Shown one piece after another: positions 1-9,789 of a stretch of 64,000 nt of DNA. The notes beneath the pieces are model-generated. The model ran no database searches and was not told the DNA's origin. It was given only the letters and a program-made list of their open reading frames with translations. The position numbers and the translations under genes are program-made. The number at the start of each line of letters is the position of its first letter. The stretch's first letter is position 1. This DNA comes from an uncultured Methanosarcinales archaeon (GTDB taxonomy: Archaea > Nanobdellota > Nanobdellia > Woesearchaeales > CAYVYK01). Where the stretch lies: the NCBI GenBank assembly GCA_964455675.1, contig CAYVYK010000003.1, forward strand, positions 62,001-126,000. Direction: 5' to 3'.

Positions 1-227
1 TTCACTAGAAAAGATTCCTCCTCGCCAATAATCGAATGCGACGGAAATCCTTCTCGAATACTCTGGATTACCATACCGTTAATAGCCTTGTCAGTTTTTG
101 TGACGATCGTTCTATCAGCCTTGGTTTCAGAATCAACACGTTCACTAAACCCAGAAATCATCATCTTACCTGCAAGCTTCGCGATATCCTTCGCGGTATG
201 CAGTTCCTTATGGTACTCCGCTAACAT
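1..227 (-). CDS. Inositol monophosphatase family protein (SuhB-like), N-terminal part, runs off the window edge
   Basis: Manual translation from ATG at 227: MLAEYHKELHTAKDIAKLAGKMMISGFSERVDSETKADRTIVTKTDKAINGMVIQSIREGFPSHSIIGEEES. It has the K.D...VT..D and FP.H.IIGEE signatures of the IMPase family. Not in the ORF track. Confidence 0.85.
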   Translation of the reverse strand, partial: MLAEYHKELHTAKDIAKLAGKMMISGFSERVDSETKADRTIVTKTDKAINGMVIQSIREGFPSHSIIGEEESFLV

Positions 228-299
228 TCCTTTACCCTTATCACTTGGCTTTGTGCCATTTTACTACATCATCAAAATTCATTCAATACTTCAGCCCAA

Positions 300-372
300 A
301 GCCTCCGGCGGGAGTTGCACCCGCGACCTCAGCCTTACCAAGGCTGCGCAATAGCTACTATGCTACGGAGGC
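300..372 (-). tRNA. tRNA-Thr(GGT)
   Basis: Reverse complement folds as a cloverleaf: acceptor GCCTCCG/CGGAGGC, anticodon arm CAGCC-TT-GGT-AA-GGCTG, T arm GCGGG-TGCAACT-CCCGC. CCA not encoded. TTTAAATA box upstream beyond the gap. Confidence 0.92.
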
Positions 373-376
373 GAAT

Positions 377-476
377 NNNNNNNNNNNNNNNNNNNNNNNN
401 NNNNNNNNNNNNNNNNNNNNNNNNNNNNNNNNNNNNNNNNNNNNNNNNNNNNNNNNNNNNNNNNNNNNNNNNNNNN
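377..476. other. Scaffold gap (100 N) with 18 nt duplicated on both sides
   Basis: TATGCTACGGAGGCGAAT occurs at 359-376 and again at 477-494. Confidence 0.95.
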
Positions 477-530
477 TATGCTACGGAGGCGAATGCCGTT
501 TGAGGGTTCCGAGCATTATTTAAAGGTTAC

Positions 531-1016
531 TTAGGGCAGAACTTGGATGAAGAGCTTATCTGTCATCACTACACCCTCGGCCGAAGCCATAACCTCACAG
601 GGATATATTTCGTTCTTTGCGATTGGACCGGGTATCACTGGAATTGCAGCATGAGACACACCGTTTGCCGCTAGCTTGATATTTGAAACAGGAACATGGA
701 AATCCTCCTCGATACCCTGCGCATCCAGACATCGCACTGTGACAGTATAGAGAGCCTCGTGGTCAAATACATTTCTGACTGCAACAAGAAACTCAGTGCT
801 CTCTCCTTTTTTTGCCTTAACAACATACGGAAATAATTTGATCGTCAGAGTCTGTGCCTTAAGTTGGGCTATCAATCCGTCCTGATCACCAATCGGTTTT
901 TGCGAAACCGCAACCGTGCTGCCATCATCTTTTCTTCGAATCTTGTAATCGTCAGCAGGTTCACAGGAGCAAAGCAGAATCAATAAGGTGATCAGCATTA
1001 TAACTTTCAAACGCAT
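531..1016 (-). CDS. Hypothetical lipoprotein, possible Ig-like beta-sandwich
   Basis: Signal peptide ending in LLCSC lipobox; beta-strand-rich C-terminal part. Confidence 0.65.
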   Translation of the reverse strand: MRLKVIMLITLLILLCSCEPADDYKIRRKDDGSTVAVSQKPIGDQDGLIAQLKAQTLTIKLFPYVVKAKKGESTEFLVAVRNVFDHEALYTVTVRCLDAQGIEEDFHVPVSNIKLAANGVSHAAIPVIPGPIAKNEIYPCEVMASAEGVVMTDKLFIQVLP

Positions 1017-1095
1017 ATCCTGCCACTGGCTTTTTAACCATATAAAGATACCGGTCAGTACGAAGATTTATTAACTCTCAAAAGGACCCCTCCGC

Positions 1096-2292
1096 ATGCG
1101 CTTGCTGCTTGCCTTGCTCATTTTTCTCGTCGTCATGACTGGATGTTTCTCGCGAGAGTATACCCTGCCAAACCTACGAACACCAACCCCCGAACCATCG
1201 GTACAAGAGCACACGCCTTACGCACTACTTGTAGGCTCGCACTTTGGATGGGTGCAACTCGAACAGCTCAACAACAGCAATTTTACGATAAACAACGGAG
1301 GATATCTTCGGCAGTATCCGGGAAATTTTCTATGGCAGAAAATCGAACTTGTTAAGGGATCGTACGAATTCTCGCAAAGCGATGATGCGGTAAGGCGAGC
1401 CCAGGATATGAACAAAATAATTATCCCACAGATCTGGCCACTCAACCGCATCGATCAAACAGTATGCAGACCAAAAGCAGTACCAGCTTGCGAAGCGTCT
1501 GAATACGATATCTTCATCAAGCGCCAGAAAGACTATTACCTGCCGACGGACCGATGCGCTCCATGCAACCTCACTCAATACACAGAATTCGTCATGACGA
1601 CAGTTGAGAGGTATGATGGGGATGGCAGAGAGGACATGCCAGGACTCATATATCCCCTCAAGCAATGGGAGTTCTACGATAGACCAGAGATCCACAGCGA
1701 GGTTGTCACTTTCTTTGCCGGAAGCAGGGAAGAATACCGAGAAATGATCAAAGCCACCCATGACGGCATGAAACGTGCGTGCGCAGATTGCGAGCTTTTG
1801 CACTCAGCAATACCTGGCATCACCGACGATATCATCACCTACTGGAAGGATGTCTACAACGACAGAACATTCGATATATCCAATCTTCAGTCATATGATT
1901 CAGCAGGAGACCTTGGCGTATCATCATTCCGCGCAGCCTTTCCCGGTCATGATATCATATGGATAACCCGTACACTTCCCAGCAGCGGAGACACAGAATC
2001 TCTTATCATACCCTATGCTGAGGCGTTCTCAGCCGGCGCGGACGTAATCTTTCTTGGCGAGGAGCAGAATGCGCATGCTAGGCAGGATATCATCAGCACA
2101 ATGATCACAACACTTGATCACTTCACTCACGCGAGAAAAGTCGAGGCTGGTTTGTACGAATTTACCTTCGATGATCGAAAAGTCTACGTGACCACACAAG
2201 CGTCGAAAGCACCATCTGGAACCATGATGGATGTCCATGGAAGGGAAATCACGCAAGCAGGAAACCAAGTTGTCTATATCACAGTGAAATAA
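1096..2292 (+). CDS. Glycoside hydrolase clan A-like (GH5/GH39-like) lipoprotein, probably non-catalytic
   Basis: Lipobox MTGC; W..IE...G.YEF...D..V; VERYDGDG..DMPGL..P...WE motif. The expected NEP and WITE motifs read DRP and WITR. Confidence 0.75.
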   Translation: MRLLLALLIFLVVMTGCFSREYTLPNLRTPTPEPSVQEHTPYALLVGSHFGWVQLEQLNNSNFTINNGGYLRQYPGNFLWQKIELVKGSYEFSQSDDAVRRAQDMNKIIIPQIWPLNRIDQTVCRPKAVPACEASEYDIFIKRQKDYYLPTDRCAPCNLTQYTEFVMTTVERYDGDGREDMPGLIYPLKQWEFYDRPEIHSEVVTFFAGSREEYREMIKATHDGMKRACADCELLHSAIPGITDDIITYWKDVYNDRTFDISNLQSYDSAGDLGVSSFRAAFPGHDIIWITRTLPSSGDTESLIIPYAEAFSAGADVIFLGEEQNAHARQDIISTMITTLDHFTHARKVEAGLYEFTFDDRKVYVTTQASKAPSGTMMDVHGREITQAGNQVVYITVK

Positions 2293-2869
2293 TCTTGCCC
2301 TCTGGTCCTGGATTAATCACGAACGCACTACCCAGCTTGTCTTCCGTACCAAAATTGTCATGAAGATGACCGCACACCACAACGTCAGGATTCAGCTTGG
2401 AAATCAGCCACCGTAGGGACTTACTTCCAGCAGGTTCCCCACATACCGGATCAAGTTTTGTCTTATACGGGGGAGCATGAGAGAGAAACACGAGCTTTGC
2501 ACCCTGTGGTCGATCGCGGAGGAATTTTGGGAGAAGATCCTCAAGTTCCTGATCCTTGAATGAGAAACCACCGCCGCCGTACCCCTGGAAATATAGCCCG
2601 TTGATAAAAAGTGTCTTCCGATGGACATTATATATATTTGCGTGCTTTGCACACGCATGATCAAAATCCTTGAACTCCTCATGGTTACCTGGAATGATCA
2701 CGACGGGCTTCTTTAGGGCGGACAGGTTTTTCAGCATCGGCTTCATCCCATGACCAAACATTGAGATGTCACCGCCGCACACGACCACATCCACGTGGGA
2801 GGCTTTCTCGCGAACCTTGTCAAACGCCTTAGCGCTATTGTGGATATCCGTAAAGAGGAGGAGTTTCAT
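2279..2869 (-). CDS. Metallophosphoesterase (Icc-related)
   Basis: DIH, GGD, GNHE, HAPP and CGHLH metallophosphoesterase motifs. Confidence 0.9.
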   Translation of the reverse strand: MKLLLFTDIHNSAKAFDKVREKASHVDVVVCGGDISMFGHGMKPMLKNLSALKKPVVIIPGNHEEFKDFDHACAKHANIYNVHRKTLFINGLYFQGYGGGGFSFKDQELEDLLPKFLRDRPQGAKLVFLSHAPPYKTKLDPVCGEPAGSKSLRWLISKLNPDVVVCGHLHDNFGTEDKLGSAFVINPGPEGKIISL

Positions 2870-2941
2870 ACATCACCATGAGTCTCAACATGTTTTAATT
2901 CTTTCGCTTGAACTGAGGAAAGCTTTTTATACGAACAAACC

Positions 2942-3682
2942 ATGGAAGGCCTCATGCGGAGCTACTGGTACAATGTTAAAAAGTACTTCCCCTTCACACG
3001 ACCGGAGCAAAAGGCTCTGCTTATCACAATCGCTGTGCTTACATTCATAACAGCGTTCAATGACCGATCAGAGAGTTTTCAATTTGCCCACTGGTTCTCC
3101 AATATGCTGCTTGTTCTTATCATGGTTGTCTCAACTGTGCTCGTCCACCAACTCGGATACCGGCTCCTTGCGATCAAGGTGGGTTTTCAAGTTGAGTACC
3201 AAATCTGGTGGTTTGGGCTTGGAGCTGCCGTCATCGCATGCCTTATCACGAACGGAAATGTTCTGCTCCTCATCCCAGGAGGATTCATCGTCCATCACTT
3301 GGAGGTCGGAAGGCTTTTCTACTTCCGCTATGGCATCAACACATTTCCTGTTGCCATGATAGCACTCATGGGATGCCTTGCGAACATCTTCTTTGGTACG
3401 TTCCTCAAGCAGATAAACATCTGGTTCTTTGCAAACTCCAACCTTTGGCTTGACAGATATTTTGTCTACAACCTCCTCTTTGCGGCACTCAACCTCCTTC
3501 CCATACCTCCACTCGACGGAAGCAGGGTACTCTTCAACTCTAGACTCATCTACGCATTCCTCTTCGGAGCATTTGCAGGCTACGCCGTGCTTGCATGGCT
3601 TGGGCTTTACTCATACGTGCTTGCCATCCTTATCGGCGGACTTGCGTGGCTTCTCTTCTATGTCCGCGTGGAGGTCAAGTAA
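2942..3682 (+). CDS. Site-2 protease (M50)-like membrane protein with degenerate HExxH
   Basis: Multiple TM helices; NLLPIPPLDG motif; the HExxH position reads HQLGY. Confidence 0.8.
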   Translation: MEGLMRSYWYNVKKYFPFTRPEQKALLITIAVLTFITAFNDRSESFQFAHWFSNMLLVLIMVVSTVLVHQLGYRLLAIKVGFQVEYQIWWFGLGAAVIACLITNGNVLLLIPGGFIVHHLEVGRLFYFRYGINTFPVAMIALMGCLANIFFGTFLKQINIWFFANSNLWLDRYFVYNLLFAALNLLPIPPLDGSRVLFNSRLIYAFLFGAFAGYAVLAWLGLYSYVLAILIGGLAWLLFYVRVEVK

Positions 3683-4024
3683 ATGGTCAATCTGCCAGAA
3701 CTAGATCTTGCCAAAAATTGGGTGGAATATTTCGCAATCCTTCTTGCCCTCCTTGGTTTTTTGATCGCAGTACTCAGCTACCCATCGCCATTCCTCACGT
3801 ACAGTATATTCTTCATCTGCGGAATGCTCGGTGGAAAACTCTGGTGGCGCACAAGGCACAACCTTCGGTTCTCATGGGCAATCGTGCTCATTGGGTTCAT
3901 CATTGGATACCTCCTTGGGTCACCACGGGGGAAGTGGTGGATCATGCTCATCATCTTCTTCGCCGGAATGGCATCGGTGTACTATCTCCATGACAAAAAA
4001 ATTATCAAAAGTTTTTCGTATTAG
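3683..4024 (+). CDS. Small membrane protein (about 4 TM)
   Basis: Abuts the upstream stop (TAAATG); hydrophobic segments. Confidence 0.75.
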   Translation: MVNLPELDLAKNWVEYFAILLALLGFLIAVLSYPSPFLTYSIFFICGMLGGKLWWRTRHNLRFSWAIVLIGFIIGYLLGSPRGKWWIMLIIFFAGMASVYYLHDKKIIKSFSY

Positions 4025-4577
4025 TCCCCATGTTCGCAAAGTGATCGCAGGGAGCAACATCTACGCAATCCTCGAAGATCCAGTAATCATTATCGACACT
4101 GGAGAACGCGCGGAACGCAGGACTGTTAGCACCTTTCTTGGGGGAATCGTAGACCTTTCCACCGTCGGAAAAGTCATATTTACACATCTCCATTACGACC
4201 ACATTGGCAATTTTGACCTCTTCCCAAACGCAACATTTTTCGCATCAAGAGAAGAAATTGAGTCCTTTGCTAGGACACCTGAGGATACCGTTCTTCGGCC
4301 TGACATTGCGGGTATGTTCAATGTACCACTCAATCCCATAGCGAGCGATGATCTCTTTGATGTGATCCTTACACCAGGGCATACTAAAGGATCAATTTGC
4401 CTCTTCTATAAGAAGGAAGGCGTTCTCTTCTCAGGGGATACTATCTTCAATGCCAAACTTATCGGAAGAACTGATCTTCCAACATCAGTCCCGGGCAGCA
4501 TGAATACTAGCCTCATGCATCTTGCCGAGCTAAAATACAGAATACTCTGCCCAGGGCATGACTACTATGATGAATAG
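3990..4577 (+). CDS. MBL-fold metallo-hydrolase (glyoxalase II-like)
   Basis: IIDTG, THLHYDHIG, TPGHT.GS, FSGD and PGH motifs; start re-assigned to ATG 3990. Confidence 0.9.
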   Translation: MTKKLSKVFRISPHVRKVIAGSNIYAILEDPVIIIDTGERAERRTVSTFLGGIVDLSTVGKVIFTHLHYDHIGNFDLFPNATFFASREEIESFARTPEDTVLRPDIAGMFNVPLNPIASDDLFDVILTPGHTKGSICLFYKKEGVLFSGDTIFNAKLIGRTDLPTSVPGSMNTSLMHLAELKYRILCPGHDYYDE

Positions 4578-4585
4578 AAATATAA

Positions 4586-6541
4586 ATGCCCTCCCCATCA
4601 CCTAGGAGCATGGGGCCAAGCGCGAGCATCTTCACCATCATTCTCTTCTTCCTCTACCTCTGGGGACTTGGATACAGTATCACACGCTGGTCAAAGAAGG
4701 AGGAATCTGGACTTGACCGCTTTTTCATCAATCTCATGATTGGATTTGCGACGATGCCCATACTCTTCGTCATTCTTGAGATTATCCAATACCCTTTTCA
4801 CAACGGATTTCTGATCGACTGGCGCGTCCTCGCTCTCCTTTGTATCGTGATCCCGGTCTACGATCTCATCAGAGATCTACGGAAAAAAACATTCAAAGTA
4901 ACGCTACCTAAGTTTGCCATGACGAAGAGAAACATCATACATCTTACGCTCATCTCCCTCGTGCTCCTCACCTTTTTCATGTATCATCACGGCGCATTCA
5001 AGTATGACTGGCTTGAAGACAGCGATCCCTGGAAGCACGCAACGAGCGCGAGTTACATACGGTACGAACGCACGATTCTGCACAATCCGGACGCACGATT
5101 CCCCTCATACTTTGATCCATACCCCGCAACCTATGATGCAATCCTTGGCATTCTTCACCAGACAAGTCCAAGCCTTAATTGGACCCTCAAGTTCTTCAAT
5201 GCTTTGATTGTGACCCTCCCCGTTCTTTTTATTTTCTACTTGGCACAACTCATCTTTCATAACTCAACAAAGGCACTCTTTGCCGCATTTGCGTACGCAA
5301 TGATACCTGCAACATTAAGCCACTTCATCTGGAGTCACGCGCTCGTGCCAGGCATGCTCATAGCGGGACTCTACGCGTATGAAAAATACTTCGACGAATC
5401 CAGCTGGCTTATACCAGCAGTTGTGGCAATCTCATCGTTCATGTTGACAACTCCTACCGGGGGAGTCAAGATTGTCTTGCTGCTTTTCGTCTACTGGCTT
5501 GGAAAAACACTCGCAGCGAAAAAAATACTTTGGAAAACACTTGGCGTTGCCATCATCGGTGTTCTCCTCTCGATGAGCTGGTGGGGATTTGAGTTCGCAA
5601 GGTATGGAGGTGTCGAGGGTGCATGGGACGTGGGATTCTCCACATCCATCGATGTAGTTGCTGAACCACCACAGGACGCCGCAGAAGTATCATTCATACA
5701 AAAGGCATACCACGCATTCCGATCGTTCTTTGATCCACAGACGGGATCGGGATCCCGTCCCTACACCTTCGCAGATTTCTTCATCGCAACACCAGATAAC
5801 CTCATCAATAATCCGATAGGCATAGGAATTGTCCTAAGCATTCTTGGTATTCTTGGCATCTCTTTATGTCTCTGGTACTGCATCTCATGGAAGTACACAT
5901 ACGCATGGCCGCTTCTCCTCGTCTTTGTTGTCAGTTTTCTTGGAGTCAACGTCCAGACATTTCATCTACCAATCGGCTTATTCGCATTCCGGTGGTGGAT
6001 GATCCTCGCCGTACCTGCAGCGCTCCTTGCAGCAGAAGGATACTCCTACCTTCATGAGCGGATTTCTAAGACGAGCATCAGCCCGCTCTTCCTTCTCATC
6101 GCGGTTGTCATCGGAGCATTTTTCACATCTGGCCTGGTCAAATATGAAGTCAACACCTCATACTGGATGGCATCACAGGGATTCCACGACGTAACGGAGC
6201 TTGAAGATTATTCCTGGCTCTACAATCTTCCGCGCGATTCCAAGATACTCACCCCCACGCGATTCAACTTCCGTGTCATCGGATACGATAAGTACAGCTG
6301 CGAATGGTGCCCAGAAATCCAGCAGTACCGCGCAACCATACGCGATAGAACACCTATGGAGATTGCAACATTCATGAAAACGCAAGGCATCCCCTACTTC
6401 ATGGTTGATGCGACACTGCTTCCACCGACGGGCAACATGACTGGAGAAGAAATCACCTCATATCTCCAATCTATCGGTACGAGCGGCCACTTCATGATGA
6501 CACGCGCAGCACAAACCTACTACGTCTTTGAAGTCATCTAG
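4586..6541 (+). CDS. Polytopic GT-C-like membrane glycosyltransferase
   Basis: More than 10 TM helices; EDSDPW.H acidic motif in the first external loop, then YP; C-terminal soluble domain. Confidence 0.65.
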   Translation: MPSPSPRSMGPSASIFTIILFFLYLWGLGYSITRWSKKEESGLDRFFINLMIGFATMPILFVILEIIQYPFHNGFLIDWRVLALLCIVIPVYDLIRDLRKKTFKVTLPKFAMTKRNIIHLTLISLVLLTFFMYHHGAFKYDWLEDSDPWKHATSASYIRYERTILHNPDARFPSYFDPYPATYDAILGILHQTSPSLNWTLKFFNALIVTLPVLFIFYLAQLIFHNSTKALFAAFAYAMIPATLSHFIWSHALVPGMLIAGLYAYEKYFDESSWLIPAVVAISSFMLTTPTGGVKIVLLLFVYWLGKTLAAKKILWKTLGVAIIGVLLSMSWWGFEFARYGGVEGAWDVGFSTSIDVVAEPPQDAAEVSFIQKAYHAFRSFFDPQTGSGSRPYTFADFFIATPDNLINNPIGIGIVLSILGILGISLCLWYCISWKYTYAWPLLLVFVVSFLGVNVQTFHLPIGLFAFRWWMILAVPAALLAAEGYSYLHERISKTSISPLFLLIAVVIGAFFTSGLVKYEVNTSYWMASQGFHDVTELEDYSWLYNLPRDSKILTPTRFNFRVIGYDKYSCEWCPEIQQYRATIRDRTPMEIATFMKTQGIPYFMVDATLLPPTGNMTGEEITSYLQSIGTSGHFMMTRAAQTYYVFEVI

Positions 6542-6579
6542 ACTCCTTGGCCATGCTCCATCGATTCTTCCTCAGAACC

Positions 6580-7527
6580 TTACAATCCAAGAATACCACG
6601 CAGCTTCTGCAGTCCAAGCAGAAACGGGTCAAGAACACGGGCATACATCCCAAAGTCGTCAGACCACTTCAGCCATCTCTTATGGGCAGATAACAGGAAT
6701 TCCCTGCCGGTGATCTCGTATAAAATTTTTGCCTGGGGAACATGCACTTCACCATGATAATGCCATCCGGCATACCCTAACTTTCTTGAGTCGTATCTTG
6801 TCCATCTCATCGGCCCAAGCGACGTCTCAAATCGCTGAATCTGCTTTTCCAGCGTACGGATTCCCTCATTAAAAAATCGCTTCGCGTCCATACTCTTTGA
6901 ATACGACGCGTACTCATATAACCCCATCAGGGCGTACATAAATCCGTTCAGCACGTGCGCGCGCTCCACAGCGCCAAACTCCTCAAACCAGACGCCATCA
7001 GATTCGTCACGAACCCCGCCGTGCTCAACCGTACGGCCAAACGTGTTTACAATCCCTTTCATCATGCTGGCAATGCGCGCTTTCTTCTTCTTATCCGTCT
7101 GTAGGGAGTGGTATCTCAGGAGGACAGACAGTGCAAAACCCTGATCCATACATCCAATCCAGGATCCGGAGAATCTGTATCCTGCGAGCTTCATGGGACG
7201 CTTATGCGGCCAGCACGCCCTCCAATCCGACACGACAGCATGATGGATTAGCCACTCTGCATACTTTTCAAACTGGACACGCTTCTTTGCATCATGGGTG
7301 CTCATCCACTCATTATAGAAACGAAGCGCATGCTGCATGATCCGAATGGGTACATACTCTTTTCCCCCGCCCTCGAGAAACCTATATCTCACGAATATGA
7401 TTCCATCACTGTCAAATTCGGTATCGTGAAGCAGCAGCCTTCGTAAACTTTGCTTTTTTGGCAATGTCCAGACTCTCTCATGCGCCGACCAGAACTCTGG
7501 AAAGAATGCTTTGTACGGTTTAGGCAT
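6580..7527 (-). CDS. D-glucuronyl C5-epimerase family protein
   Basis: W...M.QG...S, GGV, WFEE, HVLNGFMYALMGLYEY, RYD and YH..H..Q motifs; start at ATG 7527 after a GAGGAG SD. Confidence 0.85.
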   Translation of the reverse strand: MPKPYKAFFPEFWSAHERVWTLPKKQSLRRLLLHDTEFDSDGIIFVRYRFLEGGGKEYVPIRIMQHALRFYNEWMSTHDAKKRVQFEKYAEWLIHHAVVSDWRACWPHKRPMKLAGYRFSGSWIGCMDQGFALSVLLRYHSLQTDKKKKARIASMMKGIVNTFGRTVEHGGVRDESDGVWFEEFGAVERAHVLNGFMYALMGLYEYASYSKSMDAKRFFNEGIRTLEKQIQRFETSLGPMRWTRYDSRKLGYAGWHYHGEVHVPQAKILYEITGREFLLSAHKRWLKWSDDFGMYARVLDPFLLGLQKLRGILGL

Positions 7528-8641
7528 AGAACTCCTCGACAGCGGCAGCGACACGATTCATCTGCTCAACCGTGAGTTCAGGAAACATAGGAATTGAAAG
7601 GATCTCCTCAGCAGAACGCTCCGCGACGGGAAACATGCCCTTCCTTAGGTTGAGATGGGCGAATGCTGGCTGCATATGCAGTGGAATAGGATAATGGATC
7701 TGAGCTTCAACACCCCTTTCCCTCAAATGAGCAAGGAGTTTATCACGGTTCTTTGCTCTCAGGACCTCGACGTAATACACATGCTTATTCCCCAGAGACT
7801 CCACCGGAAGAGTGATCCCTGATATTTCACCAAGCAATTTTCTGTACTCTTCAGCATGACGCCTGCGTTTCTCTGTCCACTCATTCAGATGACGAAGCTT
7901 CACACGAAGGATCGCTGCCTGCAGCGCGTCCATGCGATGATTGAATCCCTCCCTGTGGTGCAAATATTTCTCCCCTTCTCCGCGGCCATGATTTGCAAGC
8001 TGGCGAATAGTAAGAGCAATCTTTTCGTCGTCACACACCACGCAACCAGCATCGCCGTATGCACCAAGATTCTTTCCAGGATAAAAACTGAATGCAGCAA
8101 TCCCTGCGTAGGGAATCCTTTTCCCATGATGCTCAGCAAGGTGCGCCTGCGCTGCGTCCTCAAGAATCACCAGACCATGCTTGCGCGCAATCTCAGAGAG
8201 TTCCTTGACATTTGCAGCTTGGCCATAGAGGTGAACAGGAAGAATCGCTTTCGTCCTCTTTGTGATCGCAGACTCCAATTTCCCTGGATCCATGTTCATG
8301 GAATCATACTCAACATCCACAAAGACAGGCTTTGCTCCAATCTCTGTTATGGCCTCAACAGTCGCGATGAATGTGTTTGGAACCGTGATCACTTCATCAC
8401 CTGTCTTGACACCAAGAGCCTGCAGGGCAAGTTTCAACGCCGAGGTTCCTGAGCTAACACCAATGCAATATTTCCTATTGCATGATGCAGCAAAATCCTT
8501 CTCAAAGTCCTTCAGGAACGGTCCGTTGATAAACGCAGAACTATCAATGACATCATGGATCGCCTTGTCTACCTCATCCTTAATCGAGAGGTATTGCGCG
8601 CGCAAATCCACGAGAGGAATCTTCTGCTCCATCGCGCTCAT
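7520..8641 (-). CDS. DegT/DnrJ/EryC1/StrS family sugar aminotransferase
   Basis: SSGTSAL, TFIAT, PVHLYGQ, EDAAQAH and FSFYPGKNLGAYGDAG (PLP lysine). Confidence 0.95.
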   Translation of the reverse strand: MSAMEQKIPLVDLRAQYLSIKDEVDKAIHDVIDSSAFINGPFLKDFEKDFAASCNRKYCIGVSSGTSALKLALQALGVKTGDEVITVPNTFIATVEAITEIGAKPVFVDVEYDSMNMDPGKLESAITKRTKAILPVHLYGQAANVKELSEIARKHGLVILEDAAQAHLAEHHGKRIPYAGIAAFSFYPGKNLGAYGDAGCVVCDDEKIALTIRQLANHGRGEGEKYLHHREGFNHRMDALQAAILRVKLRHLNEWTEKRRRHAEEYRKLLGEISGITLPVESLGNKHVYYVEVLRAKNRDKLLAHLRERGVEAQIHYPIPLHMQPAFAHLNLRKGMFPVAERSAEEILSIPMFPELTVEQMNRVAAAVEEFYA

Positions 8642-8691
8642 GATGCCAGAACATTTTATAAATCTATTGAAGGAGAAGTCACTCCCCTATA

Positions 8692-9789
8692 CTAGGACAT
8701 TATCTTCTCCAGAAAGCTTTTCTTCGGATGCTTATCAAGCTCCTTATAGATCTCTTTCTCGCGTTTACTCAGTTTTGTTGGAATATCAACAGTCACGCGG
8801 ACATTCAAGTTACCCGAGCTATCACTATGCAGGCTTGGAAGACCTTTCCCACGCAGCTTGAACACTGTTCCGGGCTGAGTTCCCGCAGGAATACTAATCT
8901 TTGTCTTACCCTTGAGGAGGGGGATTTCCATGTCACACCCAAGCACAGCTTCTGAAACTGAGAGAGGAACCGTGATCCACAGGTCGTTTCCATTCCGCTC
9001 AAATACTTTATGCGCCTTCAAGTGCACGACGATATACAAGTCCCCGGTTGGGCCGCCATGCTCGCCCGCGTCGCCTTGACCTGCGATCCGCAGTCTCGTG
9101 CCCTGCTCGACACCAGCAGGAATCCTTATCTCGATCTTTGAATTGTCCTGCACGGCGCCGGCACCCGCGCATGTTCCGCACCTATGCGCGATCACCCGAC
9201 CAGTACCCTTGCACTGCGAGCATGTGGCAGTTGTCGCAAAAACACCAAAAGGAGTCCTTCTCGTCCGTCGTTCAATTCCTTGGCCTCCACACTGCGAGCA
9301 TGTCACAACATCAGAAGACTTCTCAGCACCGGTGCCATCACACGTCTTGCACGGGACTTCCCGCGGGAGTACGATCGTTTTTGTCACACCTTCCGATGCC
9401 TCCTCAAGAGAAATCTCAATATCGAAGCGGAGGTCAGAGCCTGCCGTTTGAAAAGACGAGCGCGGCTGGCGACCAAACCCCTGAGAGAAGAACGTATCAA
9501 AGATGTCATCAAAATCAAAATTGCCAAAGTTTGCAAAGTCGCGGAAGTCAAAACCTCCGCCGAGATTCACCCCCTCAGAACCATACTGGTCATACTGCTT
9601 GCGTTTTTCGTCGTCAGCAAGGATCGCAGCCGCCTCATTAACCTCTTTAAACTTCTTTTCGGCATTCGGATCCTCCTTATTTAGGTCGGGGTGGTACTTC
9701 TTCGCGAGCCTCTTGTACGCTTTTTTTATCTCATCACGCGACGCATTTCTGTCCACACCAAGAGTCTGGTAATAATCCTTGTCAGCCAT
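8692..9789 (-). CDS. dnaJ: Chaperone DnaJ
   Basis: J domain with HPD, G/F region, four CxxCxGxG repeats. Confidence 0.98.
   Translation of the reverse strand: MADKDYYQTLGVDRNASRDEIKKAYKRLAKKYHPDLNKEDPNAEKKFKEVNEAAAILADDEKRKQYDQYGSEGVNLGGGFDFRDFANFGNFDFDDIFDTFFSQGFGRQPRSSFQTAGSDLRFDIEISLEEASEGVTKTIVLPREVPCKTCDGTGAEKSSDVVTCSQCGGQGIERRTRRTPFGVFATTATCSQCKGTGRVIAHRCGTCAGAGAVQDNSKIEIRIPAGVEQGTRLRIAGQGDAGEHGGPTGDLYIVVHLKAHKVFERNGNDLWITVPLSVSEAVLGCDMEIPLLKGKTKISIPAGTQPGTVFKLRGKGLPSLHSDSSGNLNVRVTVDIPTKLSKREKEIYKELDKHPKKSFLEKIMS

Noticed and set aside
359..494. 18-nt direct repeat of the tRNA-Thr 5' end flanking the N gap, suggesting an att site or hidden integrated element
   Set aside because: An exactly 100-N gap with overlapping contig ends is a typical scaffolding artefact; no integrase is nearby, and att duplications usually involve the tRNA 3' half.
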